Of a stretch of 64,000 bases of DNA, positions 37,560 to 51,519 are shown in pieces. Within the stretch, counting starts at the first letter, position 1. Each line of letters opens with the position of its first letter. A program made the position numbers and the translations under genes. Origin of the DNA: Camelus dromedarius (taxonomy: Eukaryota); the NCBI RefSeq assembly GCF_036321535.1, contig NC_087436.1:27592001-27656000 (forward strand). Reading direction: 5' to 3'. Below the pieces are notes generated by a model. The model saw only the letters and a list, made by a program, of their open reading frames with translations. It did not search any database and was not told the origin of the DNA.

Positions 37560-40500
37560 GATGCAAAACAGGCTTTCTTCCTGTGAAGAGAGATGTCAGT
37601 TGAAGCCCCACTGGACAGAATTTATTTTCATGTGCATAACCAAGAAGAATTTTGTATTACTATTGGTTATCTACAACTCACAGGGTTGTAAAATATCTCA
37701 AAGGCAACTGACTGATCAGATAGCTCCAGTAGGATGTGTTCTATCACTGCATTTTTTCATTAGAGATGCCCAGTAATCTTTTTGTTTATTCTGACTTTCC
37801 TAACAGTATTTCCTCCTTTTTATCAGAATAATTCCAAACAAATATTATTCTTGATTGCAAAATAAGGAGGGATTTATTATGCATGGATTGAGTATTTAAA
37901 TAGGTGCAGCAAGAGCATTAATTTCCCTACTTGCCTTCTTATATTTGCTATGCTGAATGCTTTCATAAGGACTCTCTGATTTGACTTTTAAAAACCTCTA
38001 TTATTTGCTATCACAAAACTAGGAAGCCAAGCTCAATAAACTCCTCCAGATTTCACCTGCGGTTTTTATAATTTGTGTGAATCTCTACTTCTTGAAATCT
38101 CTAAAATGTCCTAAAGATCCTTGACTTGCCAAGTGATCTCTCTTATCATCTGCAAGGCTGAGAATTGTATGCCAGGCCGCAGTCCAGTTTTCTTGTTGGG
38201 GCTTTGTCAGCTTTTGTTCCACAAGGTAAACCATACTTTTAAAAAAATTATTCATCATATCTGATTAAATAATTAGCATCGTCAAATAATTTTGAAGGCA
38301 GGGCTTTTGTTGCTTTATCTTTCTAATTTATCCTCTTGGTAAGACAGGATAATCTATCACTGAACATTACTGTTATTGTATAATCATTACTAAAAAAGCA
38401 TAAGAAAATTCAGTAAGAATTTTCTGAGTTGTTGAAAGAAATTTTTCAAGCAATTTTAGGATTACAATAAAAGTGTAGAATAGAGATTTCCCATATAACC
38501 CCTGCCTCCACATATGCATAAGTTTCCCCAAAATCAAAATCACTCACCAGACTGGTACAATTTTTTGAAAAGGATGAACCTACACTGACACATCATAATC
38601 ACCCAAAGTTCATAGCTTACCTTAGGGGTCACTCTTGGTATTGTACATCCTATGAATCTGGACAAATATATATCCATTATTATAATATCATACAGAGTAT
38701 TTTCACTACAATATAAATCCTCTGTGCTCTGTGGGAAAGCTTAAAGTTACTCACAATTAAGTATGATGCTAGCTGTAGGGTTTCAGTAGTCAGATACATA
38801 TTTTAAATGTTTCATTTCAGTTTTCAAATGCAGAGATTATTAAATAGTTATGGGTTGGAGACAGCTTAAGAAGAAAAAGAATCTCATATATTCATAAAAT
38901 AGAATGTTGAAATAATGCCAACAATATTCTCAAAAAATGACATAATCAAGTTTCCTTCATCAGTTCATTAGGCCTTATGTAATTAATTCTTGTTCTTCTG
39001 GATCTTGGGTTAACATTAACACCAGAGTTGGAAATCCTGACATCACAATGGTATGATCTGAATGTTGTCTAAGCAGTAACATCAGAAGCCTAACCCAAAA
39101 TCTATTCTTTGAAGTGCTATTAATTTAAGATACCTAATAAGGTCCTTTACACACAGCTTTGAGATGGCCTTCCTTTGATGAAGAAAGAAACTCTGGCCTG
39201 TAGCTGACTACAGGACCTTTAGCCAGCACCAGAGTAAAATAAAATCTATGTGTAAAAGACAGTTACTAAATATAGTCATTGTTAGTTTATTACTGATTTA
39301 TTTGTATGTGTGAAATTTATGATAAAATAAACAACAAAAATAATACAAGTGACAAAGAAATGGATGTTTCTGTAGCATGGAAAATAAGGTAAAATACATA
39401 TTTGCAAAAAAGTCAGTGAGTAGTACAACTGATTTATAAAAATTTATTTTTTTATATTTATAGAGGAAAACTTTAAAACATAAAATAATCCTGAGGCATG
39501 GCATACATAATATACCAAGAACATACCAAAAAAAAAAAAATCTAAGAATAGATCAAGAATATCAGTTGAAATGATCAGTAAGTCTGGAGTAGAATCTTAA
39601 CACCTGAATTTGTATAAAATATTACAGATAATTTAGATATGCATCCCTATTTAAAAAGGACTAATTTATATGATGCTAAATTTAAATTAGGGAAATAAGA
39701 TTGAGGCTGAGTAAGCATTTTAAATAATAATTGATGTTATGTCTGGTAACATTTGACTCATTATCTACTATCAGACAACGAATTACCAAGACTCTAGGAC
39801 CCAGAAAGATTATGAACACTGACAGTTTCTGGGAAATTCCTTGTTTTGTCAAGAACACTAAAGGGTGTGGGGTGTCACCTCACTTACATAGCTATAGCCA
39901 GGGAAATAAGTTATTTATGGACACAACCAGATCAACAGCCTGAGTGACATCGTAGCATCTGTCCCCCATCTCTTAGTTCGAAAGATAATGTATGAGAAGA
40001 TCACACCCTGAAGATGAGGGACCAAAAACATCCTCTTTATATACCAGAGAGCAATTGCTGCCCCTCTCTACTCCCAAAATGAGATGGAAAAAACAAAAAC
40101 AAAAACAGAACTTCTGCTGTTTTGAGGACTGAAGAAAAGGATTTTCACTCTCATCTTTTTAGATATGAAAATAAATCATTCTAAGATCCAAATGAACAGG
40201 AGTATCACTGGCTTTTATAAGCTAGAGATGTCTCCTAATTCTGGGCTTCATCCTTTCTGACATGTAACCATCTGTGGGGTGTGTTTCAGTCCTTTTGGGG
40301 CCTTAACTGAGGACCCAGTACAGGCTGTAATCACAGAGCTGTCTAGGGGAGATAATAGAAGTTTATTATCCTTTTTTATCAGAGCATAGACAGATTATAA
40401 ATAACAGATCAGAGACAGAGCATAAATGACAATTCAGAGATAAATGACTACAGATCTAATCTCTCATGGTATATGAATACTAAAATATTTCTGGGAGAAG

Positions 40501-42400
40501 TGAAAGCAAGCATTTTCTAGCTTCACTTCATACATAAATACAACTTTTCAAAGTGGCAAAAATGAATTTTTTAATTAACATGGACCAAAGGCGTAGCCTT
40601 TTTTAGCCATATATAAATAAGAAACAAATTATGCAAACTGAAAATTACCTAGTAGTCAAAGTTTCTATGTTCTATTTTAGAAATTATCTGGATAGTCAAG
40701 GAGCATCCATTAGATAACTCAATTAAATCAGTCCAAGGTTTTAAGTTACCGAAAGAGCTTGAACATCATCTTTGAATTGAGATACTACATAACTTAATTA
40801 TTGTTGAATTTGTCATGATAATGGTTCAGTTTAGTTTAATACACATTTACATTTTTCATAACCTTACACATTTATAGGAATAATGTTATTTATTTGACCA
40901 GTAAACCTGTGTAAATTTAGTAAAATTACACCCAAGTAGAATAATCATACTGAGTATAAAAAAAAAAGCCATTCTACTTAAATTAATTAATAAGAGAAGG
41001 CAGTTATTTTTGTTAAACCAAAATTAGTGAATTATATTTTGCCAGTTTTACCTAATTTATGTGAATTTGAATTCTTTAAGTTTTGAGTTAGTTTATATAA
41101 AAACACTGTTTTTGTCTTTTAATTATAGTATACTTAAATTGCTAGAAGTACAATTTCCCTATTATCTCTGAATTTTAGAAATGTAATATTTTTATAAGTG
41201 CTTATTTTTCTCTTTTAAGTCCATTAGAACAGCACTCCTTTACTTTAAGAGTCTATATATGGGCTTATTTCTTAAAACCCTTTGAAGGCAATAAAACATT
41301 ACATATTTATACTATAAGATGTAAAAACCTTTCTGAATTACAGACATACTTACAGACAGATAACATAGCTATAATTTTATACTTTCAGCCTTGAGCCAAT
41401 AGCAAGCATAAATACAAGAGTTCACTAAGACATAAAGGAATTGTTCTTAACAATTCTTAATTGTTCTTAAATCAAAAGTATCTGATAGATTTGAGCTTAA
41501 GCTAGACAAGCAGACCAACAAAGAGGGCTAATAATTCAATTCTCTACCACTTTTCTCAAGCAGTTAATAAATCTCTATAAACTATTAACACATTTACAGA
41601 GATCATAAAACGAGTAAGCTATAAATTCAAATTCCTAATCACTGCTTGTGACTTATTGGCCATTAAAAAAAGAGAAGCTACATAGAAAAGAAAACCGAAA
41701 TTGGAAAAAGAGAGCAAAATTCTGTCGCTATTTGAATTCACTTCAAGGAGTTAAGAAAAGCTGTACCTGGGGCCTGAGTGTCCCATAAGAGATGCATGTA
41801 TCAGGGAACAGTATTGGTCTAGTTTTACCAGGTAGATGAATCCAGTGGGAATCTCAGTGGAAGACTTCCAAAATTGTTAAAGAATAATTTTCCAAAAAAA
41901 AAAAAATAAATAAAATAAAATTACAAGTCTCATACAGGTATATAAGATGAACTTTTGAACTCTCCTTAAAGATTTATTTAACTCAGTATTAATGAAGGAG
42001 CCAGGAGACTTTGCGGCCAAGTCAAAAGGGAATGGAAAGAAACAAATTTATTTTGAATAAATAAATATTGAAATAAATTTACAAACAAATAACTGATTTT
42101 TTCCAAGAGTAGCATGAAGAGAAGAGAAGAAAGTTAATTAACTCTCCACTGAATAGAATTTATTTGCATGGTCAGAGGTAAGAGTTACTTTGCATAACTT
42201 TCAGCTACCTACAGTTTATAAAGTTGTAAATTAGTTTAAAGGCAATCAAAGTCTAGAATCGGTGAATCTGGAAGGATAGTCTCAAATCAATGCATAATAT
42301 TCCATTGGAGACAGTAATTTTTTTTGCTTATTCAAAAATGTCTTTATGAGATACATAAATAAACAAAAATTGTGTTCTTGTATGTACCTTGCAATGCTGT
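37560..42400 (-). mobile_element. Probable decayed ERV1 (MER4-group) non-autonomous internal sequence with nested repeats
   Basis: Segments such as CCAAGTGATCTCTCTTATCATCTGCAAGGCTG and CTGGATAGTCAAGGAGCATCCATTAGATAACTCAAT resemble MER4-group internals. Recognition only, with no protein motif. Confidence 0.45.
38440..38732 (-). mobile_element. L1MC1-type 3' end
   Basis: GATGAACCTACACTGACACATCATAATCACCCAAAGTTCATAG...AAATCCTCTGTGCTCT. Confidence 0.8.
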
Positions 42401-43019
42401 TGAGTAGCCTAATGTCAATTTGATTCTTAACTTTTTAAATGATGAGCTTTTTTTCCCTAGGGAGTTTGGTTTGCTTTTTTATTTTATTTTAAGGAGTGTA
42501 CTTCTTGTGTTTGTTGTTCTTAGATTTCAATACAGTGGGATAAGTTCTAGGGTTTTGCTTCTCTCTCCCACTCGGTTCTCTTTGAAGTCTTTCAATCTGA
42601 GGTTTTTATTTATTATCTTTTGTCTTCATTTTTGTGTAAATCCTTTTCTTCTTTGGTTATTCACTTTATAGTATCATGCTATAAAGGTATTTATTATTTG
42701 ATTTCTATTTTCTATATCTTTCAACTTTTGTATTTACCATTTCTTTTTCTTTGTTGTGGATATTTTGGTGAGTTTCTTACTCTCTTTCATTCAGTCATTT
42801 CTTCAGCTTTATCTATTCAGTGATTTATTCCATCCATTTATCCCATTATTTATTTCCATTATTATATTTTGCATACTAAATATTTCCTTTGGTTCCTTTT
42901 TAGTGATTTTTGCAATTTTCTTCAAATGGCAAATATCTCTATTTATTTCCTTAATTGAATTTATTTTAAAATCATGGACCATCTATTTCTCTTGGTCTCT
43001 TCCAATAATACGTCAGGTC

Positions 43020-44403
43020 TCTAACTCCCTACTTCATATAAACTTGTTTTAACAATCATCTTCCCCGTTTCTAATCCTGACAATTCCAGCCTTCTGTTTC
43101 CTAAGACAACAACACTGTGGTTATCCTTGACTTCTCTTGTCTTATAGTAACTCTTATTTTTTTTTTTTCAGAGAATTCAGTTGTATCTTTCTTCAAAAAT
43201 ATCCAGAATCTAACCATTTTCTATTATTTCTACTACTTTCTCTGAATCAAGACACTGCCATTTATCCTCAAGACTATTGCAGTAGACTCCAAACTGGTCC
43301 TTGTTTTTACCATATCCTCTATTAGTTTCTTCCCAACATAACAGCTTAAGGGATCCTGTGAAATAATAGAAATTGGAATCTTTTAGTCCTCTGCTCAAAT
43401 TCAGACATCCTCTATTTCTTTCAGAGAAAACCCTCAAATTCTTATGGATTGTCCATAAGGCCATACAAAACATTCCATATTTTTATGAACTTGTCTTCTG
43501 TTCTTTACTTTGCTCAGACAGGCTTAGCCACACTGACTTATTAGCTACCCCCTGTAGTGGGTTGAATGATACTCTCCCCAAAAGATGGATCCAGATCCTG
43601 GAACATGTGAAAGTGACCTTATTTAGAAAAAGCATCTTTGCAGATGTAGTTAAGGATCTCCATATATGATCATCCTGGATTATCCAGTTGAGTCCTAAAG
43701 CCAATGACAAGTGTCCTTACAACAGAAGAGTAGAGGAGAAAGCCAGGAGAAGAGGGAGGCAGAAATTGGAGTGATGCAGCCAGAAGCCAAGGAACTCCTG
43801 GTTTCACCAGAATCTGGAACAGGAAAGAATCAGAATATCCCCTAGAGCCTCTGGAGGAAGTTTGTTCTGCCAATACCTTGATTTCGAACTTCAACCCTCC
43901 AGAACTGTGAAAGAATGACTTTGTGTTGTTTTAAGGTACCCAGTTTGTCATCAACGAACACACTCCCCAATCAAAGGAGACATGATTTCTCCTTGGCAGT
44001 GGTACTGGCTTTCTCTAAAGCCTCAAATTGCTTTTATCCATATAACTGTATTGCTCACACATTCTCCTTATTTAAATCTTTTCGAAAAAATCTCCCTCAC
44101 AGTGTGGCATACAGCAACCAATCCATTAGACATTGCAATCTCCGTCCTGTTCAGCCTCCTAACCTCCCTATTACTGTTTTATTTTCCCATCGTACCTATT
44201 GTCTCCTAAAAGAAATTACTTATTTTTATATTTATTGCCTGCTTCAACCTCCTTGAATGTATGTTATACAAAGATGGAAATCTTTTCCTTTTTAAACACA
44301 CTGATGCATTTAACTCACGTATTTCTTTCCACCTAGAATAGTTTCTGGCATGTAGCTTGCTCTAAATGGGTATTTGTTGAATGAACGAATGAATCAATGA
44401 ATG
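43020..44403 (+). mobile_element. LINE-2 3' part, split by an MLT1 LTR
   Basis: AAAATATCCAGAATCTAACCA...GACTATTGCAGTAGACTCCAAACTGGTC, ending in TATTTGTTGAATGAACGAATGAATCAATGAATG. Confidence 0.8.
43553..43962 (+). mobile_element. MaLR LTR (MLT1B/C/D-type)
   Basis: TGTAGTGGGTTGAATG...GTGACCTTATTTAGAAAAAG..TCTTTGCAGATGTAGTTAAG...CCTCCAGAACTGTGA...TGTTGTTTTAAG. Confidence 0.9.
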
Positions 44404-44871
44404 GTTCATTGTGTCATCTTTCTTTTGTAGTGGCCGTGTTCCTCTGGTGCCAAGTTTATATGGATGTGAATGTGTTCCAATGGGGTATTATTGGAGTCAC
44501 TGTCTCCATAGATGAATTCAATGAATGGGAAGGAAAGGAATATGGTCGTTCATTCCCACTCTGCCTGAACTCCAGCAGAAAACTTCTCTCACCTGAATTT
44601 TGCTTTTCAATTCTTGAGAAGCAGCAGTGCTTTTCAAGGAGGCGCCCCCTCTCCTCTCAACCAGTTACAATCAGCCTTTGAGGCTGGAAGAGTGGTGGCT
44701 TCCCAGCCCAATCTTACATTAGGAGGATTTGTGTGCTAACCTAATATTATCACCACTTTGGAAGAAGACTAGAACTGTTGCTCCTGGATTTTAGTGCTAA
44801 GGAGCAGAAAATTATTTCCCCAAGGTTACAGGGGAAAGACTGGGATGAGACCTAAACACTTTACTGCCATA

Positions 44872-45415
44872 TGAAAGAGAAAAGCCTCTGAAGTCCAGGG
44901 GCTGGCCTGGTAATATAACTATGCCTTGCTCTTCTCCTGTTGAACATCAATCATTTCATAGAACATTAACTTTAAATAAGGCCACTCAACTCTGATGGAT
45001 CAAGACAAAATGACCATAATCGTGTCTGAACACAGACAAAAGAAGAACACTGCCCAGACCACAAAATGCCAAACATGCCCCTCTCCCAGGTAGTATGAGT
45101 GACTGTTACTTCTTTACCAAATCCAGCTTTAACCTCAATCAAATTTCTCTCCTTTTAGGTATGACTTATTAAGGCATCGATCATATAATAAAGTCCATCT
45201 CCTCACAGCATCCAATCCAGAGAAAAGCACCTCTCCCTACACCCAGCCCCAAATCATCTAATGCAGAAGCAAATCTTTCACTATCGCCTTTCCGATGCTC
45301 TTGTGCTGAGATGCCCTGCAGTGCCCCATGGTGCACATTCTTCACGGAGGGAAGCTGTCTGACTCGAACAACTACAGTGTTGCTCTTAATGATTTTTGGC
45401 TGGAAGGCATTGACA
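44872..45415 (+). mobile_element. ERV1 LTR (MER67-like)
   Basis: GATGGATCAAGACAAAA...TCTGAACACAGACAAAA, ending TTTGGCTGGAAGGCATTGACA. Start is approximate. Confidence 0.7.
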
Positions 45416-45459
45416 CCCACCTCTTTTCATTCTGAAGCTTCAGGGAGACAGTTCGCAAG

Positions 45460-45662
45460 TCAGTAAAATACTGGAAAATATTTTAAAATGGGTTCTCAAA
45501 AAAAAAAAAAAAGCTCCTTATTTGCAATGTTTGCTGATTTCCACAGTGTAATTATTTCTACCATTGGCAATTTAAAGATATCAGAGATTGGGTTCTTAAA
45601 ATCCTTGGAATTCCAATAATCAGCTCTTGCTGGCTGGTGTAAATGACTACAAGACACTATGG
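45460..45662. mobile_element. MER63-type hAT DNA transposon relic
   Basis: TTTGCAATGTTTGCTGATTTCCACAGTGTAA...CAGCTCTTGCTGGCTGGTGTAAA. Confidence 0.6.
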
Positions 45663-46284
45663 CTTTTAGCCATCATGTGCTCACAGATAGTATTTTTCAC
45701 TTCCTAAAATCCAAGCATCCCTGGCAAGTCTACAGTCTCCCCAGGGAAACTCGAGAGGCAAGGAAGCAGCATCCTTCAAATGCTCACACTCCCAAAACTA
45801 ACCAGAGAGCCTGGAATTTACTTTGTATTCAAGTGGCCATGCGTTTAGGCATTTGTAAAATGAAAATCAGTCATTGACTTAAAATATGTATTGACAATTA
45901 CTTTAAGAATAGGAAAGTCTTTTGAACTTAATGGAAAATAACTTCTGCAGATAGATCTCACTTTCCATTTAAGCATCATCATACAAGGCACAAATCATTA
46001 TGTATGAGACTGAAGGTAAATATTTTAAATCTGTTTTGGCATTGTCTTTTATTAATACTACTTGAAGCTGTCTTTAAAGGGAAAATAATTTTCTCTTAAG
46101 GCACAGACATAATGATGCTTAAATGTCACATGTGAAAGAAAAAGTGAATATTACCTGAATCATTTATAATTTTAGTATTCAAACACACCATAAACCACAA
46201 GAACTGAGCTGAAATGTAAAATTTGCTTTCAAAAACTGCTTGCCTTTAGTGTTTCTAAAGCATCTATATTGCAAGATTTTAAAG

Positions 46285-46495
46285 GCAGACTGTTTCTGAA
46301 CCTTGGAGAGCGTACAAATTGGGTAAACTTAGTAAGTTACATAAGCTCTGTGTTCCTCAGTTTACTGTAAAATGAGTGTGAAATGAATAGAGTCTAGCTC
46401 ATAGAGTGGTGGTGAGGGTTAAAGGACTTAACATATGCAAACTGTTTCCAAAATGCCTAGCACATAATAGGAGGTATAAACATGTGACTACGGTT
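46285..46495 (+). mobile_element. MIR SINE
   Basis: AAGTTACATAAGCTCTGTGTTCCTCAGTTT..CTGTAAAATGAG...GTGAGGGTTAAA...TGCCTAGCACATAATAGG. Confidence 0.8.
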
Positions 46496-48409
46496 TTCTT
46501 ATTCTATGACTCGAACTCACAGCAAAATTATACATTCAAATACGCAAATTTATGTAATTAGGCATTGTACAATAACAACAATAATTTTTAGGGGAAAACT
46601 TATATGCATAGTGTTGAAAATGTGCTCCTAGATGTGCACATTTTCAACACAGAAAATCCTGGAAACAAAGAGTTACAAGATAATATTCACAGAACTGTAT
46701 GGATGCTAGTTATTTGGGAAGAGAAAGTTATATTATTCAATATGTTTTAAAATAGAAGTCATAAAAATAATAAAACAATCATTATAACTGTGTTTCAATA
46801 TTGACATATTTTGTTTAAGTTGAAATAAAAGCTACTTAAAACTTTAAAATTGTGAAATTACCCTTGCCCTTTGAAGTGGTAGTTTAATGTAAATGTAAGA
46901 ATTAAAAGGTGACTAACCATGTATTACTTTTTCATATTTGTCAGCTTAATCCAGTTGGGTAGTTTAGAAATTCTGTCACAGATGTCTGAAATTGTTAAAA
47001 TTAGCATGTTTTATCTGTAGAATGCAGAATGTTCATTTGCATAAAATTGGTTCATTTCTAACACAATGTAGCTATAAAAATATGTTTTTATAAAATATAT
47101 TTAAAGTAGTTGAAACACTTTCTGGGAAAATTATTTGAGGGGAAAACTCAAAACACTTCTAATACATTCACCCTGGTTTATCCCAGCAGGGCCAAATCCG
47201 TACACTCACCAGTTGATGATAGTTATTGAACCCTGTTTTAAAGGAAAATATTATTATGGCTATGAAAAAGAGGGTGAAGTGTTAAGATTTATCAGCAATG
47301 TAAGTAAGTGGGTTGGGCTGCTTTCACTGAACACTTCTCAATCTATCCATTTTCTAGACTCTCCATTTCAAAAGCAACCATAGGCTCTTTTTATCTGAGA
47401 CACTATTAAGTTTTTTGAGCAATGGGAGTGAGTAATTTTGTAAACTTATCTCTTTTTAGTAAAAAATTTTAAAAATAAAAGTGATCAAGAAGGAAAAATA
47501 TGTAATAGATTAATAAAGATCAAAGAGAAAGAGAGAAAGACAGAGAGAGGAATAGGAAAAGAGCAAAGAAAAAGGTGAAATTAATTTCAGTTTAAACAGT
47601 TTACAAGTGGAAATATAGTTTTAAAATTAACATAAAATTAACTCTATGTAGGGAATCTCTTAATTAAAAACTTCAGGTATTATTTTCAGCAATGGTTTGA
47701 TTTTACTTTTTGAAACCAAAAATTAGTACCAGAGTAAGATAAAGACATAAACTCATCTCTCTATTAATGCCCAGGTTATATTCCAAACGTAAGATTGTCT
47801 GCTTTCGATGAATTTACTTTTAAGACTCCATTTGAGTATCATACCACTGGACAGACTTCTTCTAAGTAATCCTCCTTACCTATGAGCCCTGTCGAGGTAG
47901 TCTTATTAATAACATGTTACACAAGTGCCACAGCCACAGCTGATTAGCTTGTGGATGGACATTTGACTCAAGGGCAGGCAGTCCACAGAGTATGAAATTA
48001 TCTTTGAAAAGAGATCTGGCTTGAATGCCTTTGCTAGAACAATGACCATTAGGGCCATTTTGAATCTTACTTTTTAAAAATGTGAATGGGTAAATATGGG
48101 TAATTATCTGCAGAGACAGTAATGAAAATTAAACCACAAAGGTCATGAAGTAGAAAATGGCATGAGGAACACATAAGAGCCAAAGCATTGACTAAATCAG
48201 ATTTGAAGAAGCAGAAGCAATTATGTAAATGGAATGCACAGTAAAGGATGGCCGCTTTAGTCATCATAAAATACGTGTGCAGACAGACATATGCTATACA
48301 GCAGTAGGTGCAATGTCATGTTAATGTTAGAAACTACTACGCAAAATCACAAACTTCTTGACTGTAGCCTCTGAGCACACCTTATTGCCCAGCCCTGCTT
48401 TGTCCCACA

Positions 48410-48605
48410 GCACCCTCCTTCAATTAACTTAGTTAAAATACAATGTATTTTACTAATGTATATATTGTTTGTCTTCTTACACTGAAATTTAAATCTTATG
48501 AAGGCAAGTTTGTTAGTTGGTTGTTTCCACAAAATCCAAAATAGCATCTGGACTGTAGTAAATGCTCAATAAATAATATAAAGTTATGAAGTAGATGAAT
48601 GAATA
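48410..48605 (+). mobile_element. LINE-2 3' tail
   Basis: GTAGTAAATGCTCAATAAATA...GATGAATGAAT. Confidence 0.6.
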
Positions 48606-48709
48606 CCATTTTGATATTAACAGTTCTAAACCTACTTGTATTTATTTATTTGTAGGGGATCTATTTTTAAGAATGTTCCTAAATTACATTAACTAATTCT
48701 ACATGGCTT

Positions 48710-48752
48710 TTTTTTTTTTTAACATTTTTTATTGATTTATAATCATTTTACA
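48710..48752 (-). mobile_element. Ultra-short LINE-1 3' tail insertion with TSD
   Basis: Poly(T)-AACATTTTTTATTGATTTATAATCATTTTACA, flanked by ACATGGCTT at 48701-48709 and 48753-48761. Confidence 0.85.
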
Positions 48753-51519
48753 ACATGGCTTCTTAATTACACATACACATACATTTCTGGACCAAATCCA
48801 CTTACCTAGAGGAAATTATTTCAAATTTTTTTTTAATCAGACTTGTCTGTTGTTTATACTCTCTTATCTAAATAATACTAAATAATAGTTTTCTATTCTA
48901 CCTTTTTGAGTTTTGCAATTTTAGGTAGTATTTATTGACTTCCAACCATGGACACTCTTTTTAGAACCACCTATTTATTTAGCTTCTTTTTATGGAGTGA
49001 ATAATAATATATTTTAGTTCTTCTATTAATGTCTGTTGTATTTTTTTCCCATGAGTTATTTCTGTTCTCTGAATAGTTCTTTAAAAATCACTTTGTTCAA
49101 AATATGGAGAAATAAGCAGATTACAAATTAAAATTCAAAATTAACAACTGCAAATCAGTGGTTTTTAAGCTGTGTTCTGGTTGGTATGGGGCTAGGGATA
49201 TGGGACTCACTCTGCTCAGACTTCCCCCTTATTATCAGTGCCCTATTGTCTCCAAACTATCAAAGAAATCCCAGCTTTCATATCTTGACCTTCCGTAGTA
49301 GAAAGACCTTAAAGAAAGATTTGAATTAACATGTGTGGAGATGGTAACAGAGCATTTCATATAAGTGGAAAGATTTCAGTTCCAAGCCCCTATAAACTCA
49401 TCCCAGTTATCTAAGTCTATTTCCTGAATTACTCCTTGTCACAAACCATGAATAAAGACAGATCCCGATGGACAGATGCGCCTCTGATTCTCTTTTAAAA
49501 GGTATTCTTGTGCAGACACATCTAATCGGCTTCCTACTAATCTCTTTTCTTTCACCCCTCTGGCCCTCATTTGTTTTTTGAAATAATAACTTGGGAACTA
49601 TGCTTAATGGAGATTTCTGGAGTGTCTTGTAAAATCAGAGATTCTGGCTACATTGGATTTCCCTAAGTGAATGACTGACTGGGCCTGCCGGCCAGTTTTC
49701 TCCTTTATCCCAGGAAAAGGCAGAGCTGTTGAGTCCTTGCCACTAGCCGGACACGTGTTTACGTGTATCTCCCTGCCGTGGCTCCGTGGCGCGCGCTTCC
49801 CAGCTGTGCCGGCAGGCTTCTGAAACACTTAGGATTTTAACCATTCTTTTTCTAGTCGTGTTTCTCCCTTTCTCAACTGATATGATTTCTCCATACATTT
49901 AAATCCTCAGATTTCTACATATTTGTATACATTTTTCATACAGTTCTTTGTCCTTTCTCTCATTCTCATTGGTAGTTATGAAGCAGAATAAGTATTTTTA
50001 TTCAGTAGTTATGAAGAATACAATGAGAATTACATAAAAAATAGTTTCCTCTTCTTTTTATCAATCTTCTTATTTTACCAACGAGGTCTTATAGTGAGAT
50101 TTTTTAATTGAAATTAAGTAAAGGTTAGCAAACGTATTTTTACATGAATTTTTTTCTCTTCACATAAAGGTCAAATTACACTAAACTCTTTATGTGTGAC
50201 TTTCATACTATATTTCATTGCAAAGTCTAAATTCTTTATTTTTTAGTAAACTTTAAAATATCAAATATATCCTCATAAATAAATCTATAACAGCCATTTT
50301 ATAATTTATTCTAATGGTAATCAAGGGTATTTTACCTCCATTATCCCTGCACTACAATTGACTTGGCAGGAGTACCTTACTGAGATGCTAATGGAAATAC
50401 AGCTTTCTCTCTTAAGGCTGATGCAGGCTTCAATATGCTCAGATACAGACAAGTGAAAAAAGAGCTACTGTGTAAATTCAAGTAACTTGATTGAAAACAG
50501 GCTAAGCAAACAGTTTTTATTGTTTTCAGCTCAGTAACTGAGTGGTACTTACAATTTGGAGTGAGAGAATATTAATTTCAAGGGAAAAATAAAACTTTTT
50601 ATAGAGTATTTCCTTCCAGTTTTTATTTAAAATATTTGATATAATATTTGATGAGTTTTTAAAATTTACTCAAATCTCTATAATCTTTAGGAAACCTCTA
50701 AATCTTTATGGAAGTGGTATATACTCAATATCTATCCTACTCACCATAACAGGCTCTGAATCAGCCTCACAAGTCTATCGATGCTAAATGCTTTCAGATG
50801 GAGAATTTTATGATTTAATCTGAATAAATCTAGATTAATAGATTAAGTAAAAGTCCAAGAACTTTTAATGGTAATACACTCCTAATGTTCTCAGTTGAAA
50901 TATATTTGGAAAAGTAAAATTCACATTTGACCCCCTTCTCCTTCATTATTTATACAACTTTGCTTTAGTAACTCCCTCCTTTCTTAAATAACCAAACCAG
51001 AGCATTATAAGGAAAGCATAAGAAATGTAACTTAAATCATCAATTGTCTTCAAAGAAGGATGGACACTGCTAAGCAGTGTATCAAAGGATGCTGTATCCT
51101 ACCAAAAACGTGCCCTCTTTTGTTCGCCTGAACATCTGCAAAGCTTTTGCTAACAGAAATATGGCCCTGGTCCTTAATTAGGGATAAAAGTCTAAAGAGA
51201 TATGATTTATTCATTGTAATCATGGGAGCTCTTAAGAGGAAAGGATACTAGGTTGCAAATCCTTATAAATATCCTTTACTTTCAACATCATATTTTAGGA
51301 CTTACTATAGGGTTCCTGAGTACAAATACCTGGAATGCCCTAAATAATATAGGATTGTCTTATGGCACACCTATTACTGCCTTACCTCATTGCTATTTAC
51401 ATATGCCAATTGACAGATTTGCATATAAGAAAATGATGTTCACATTCTTTAATTATTATCTTTCTCATAATTAGATAACAAAATATTCATCATTTAAAAT
51501 GTGAATGAACGAAAGTATA

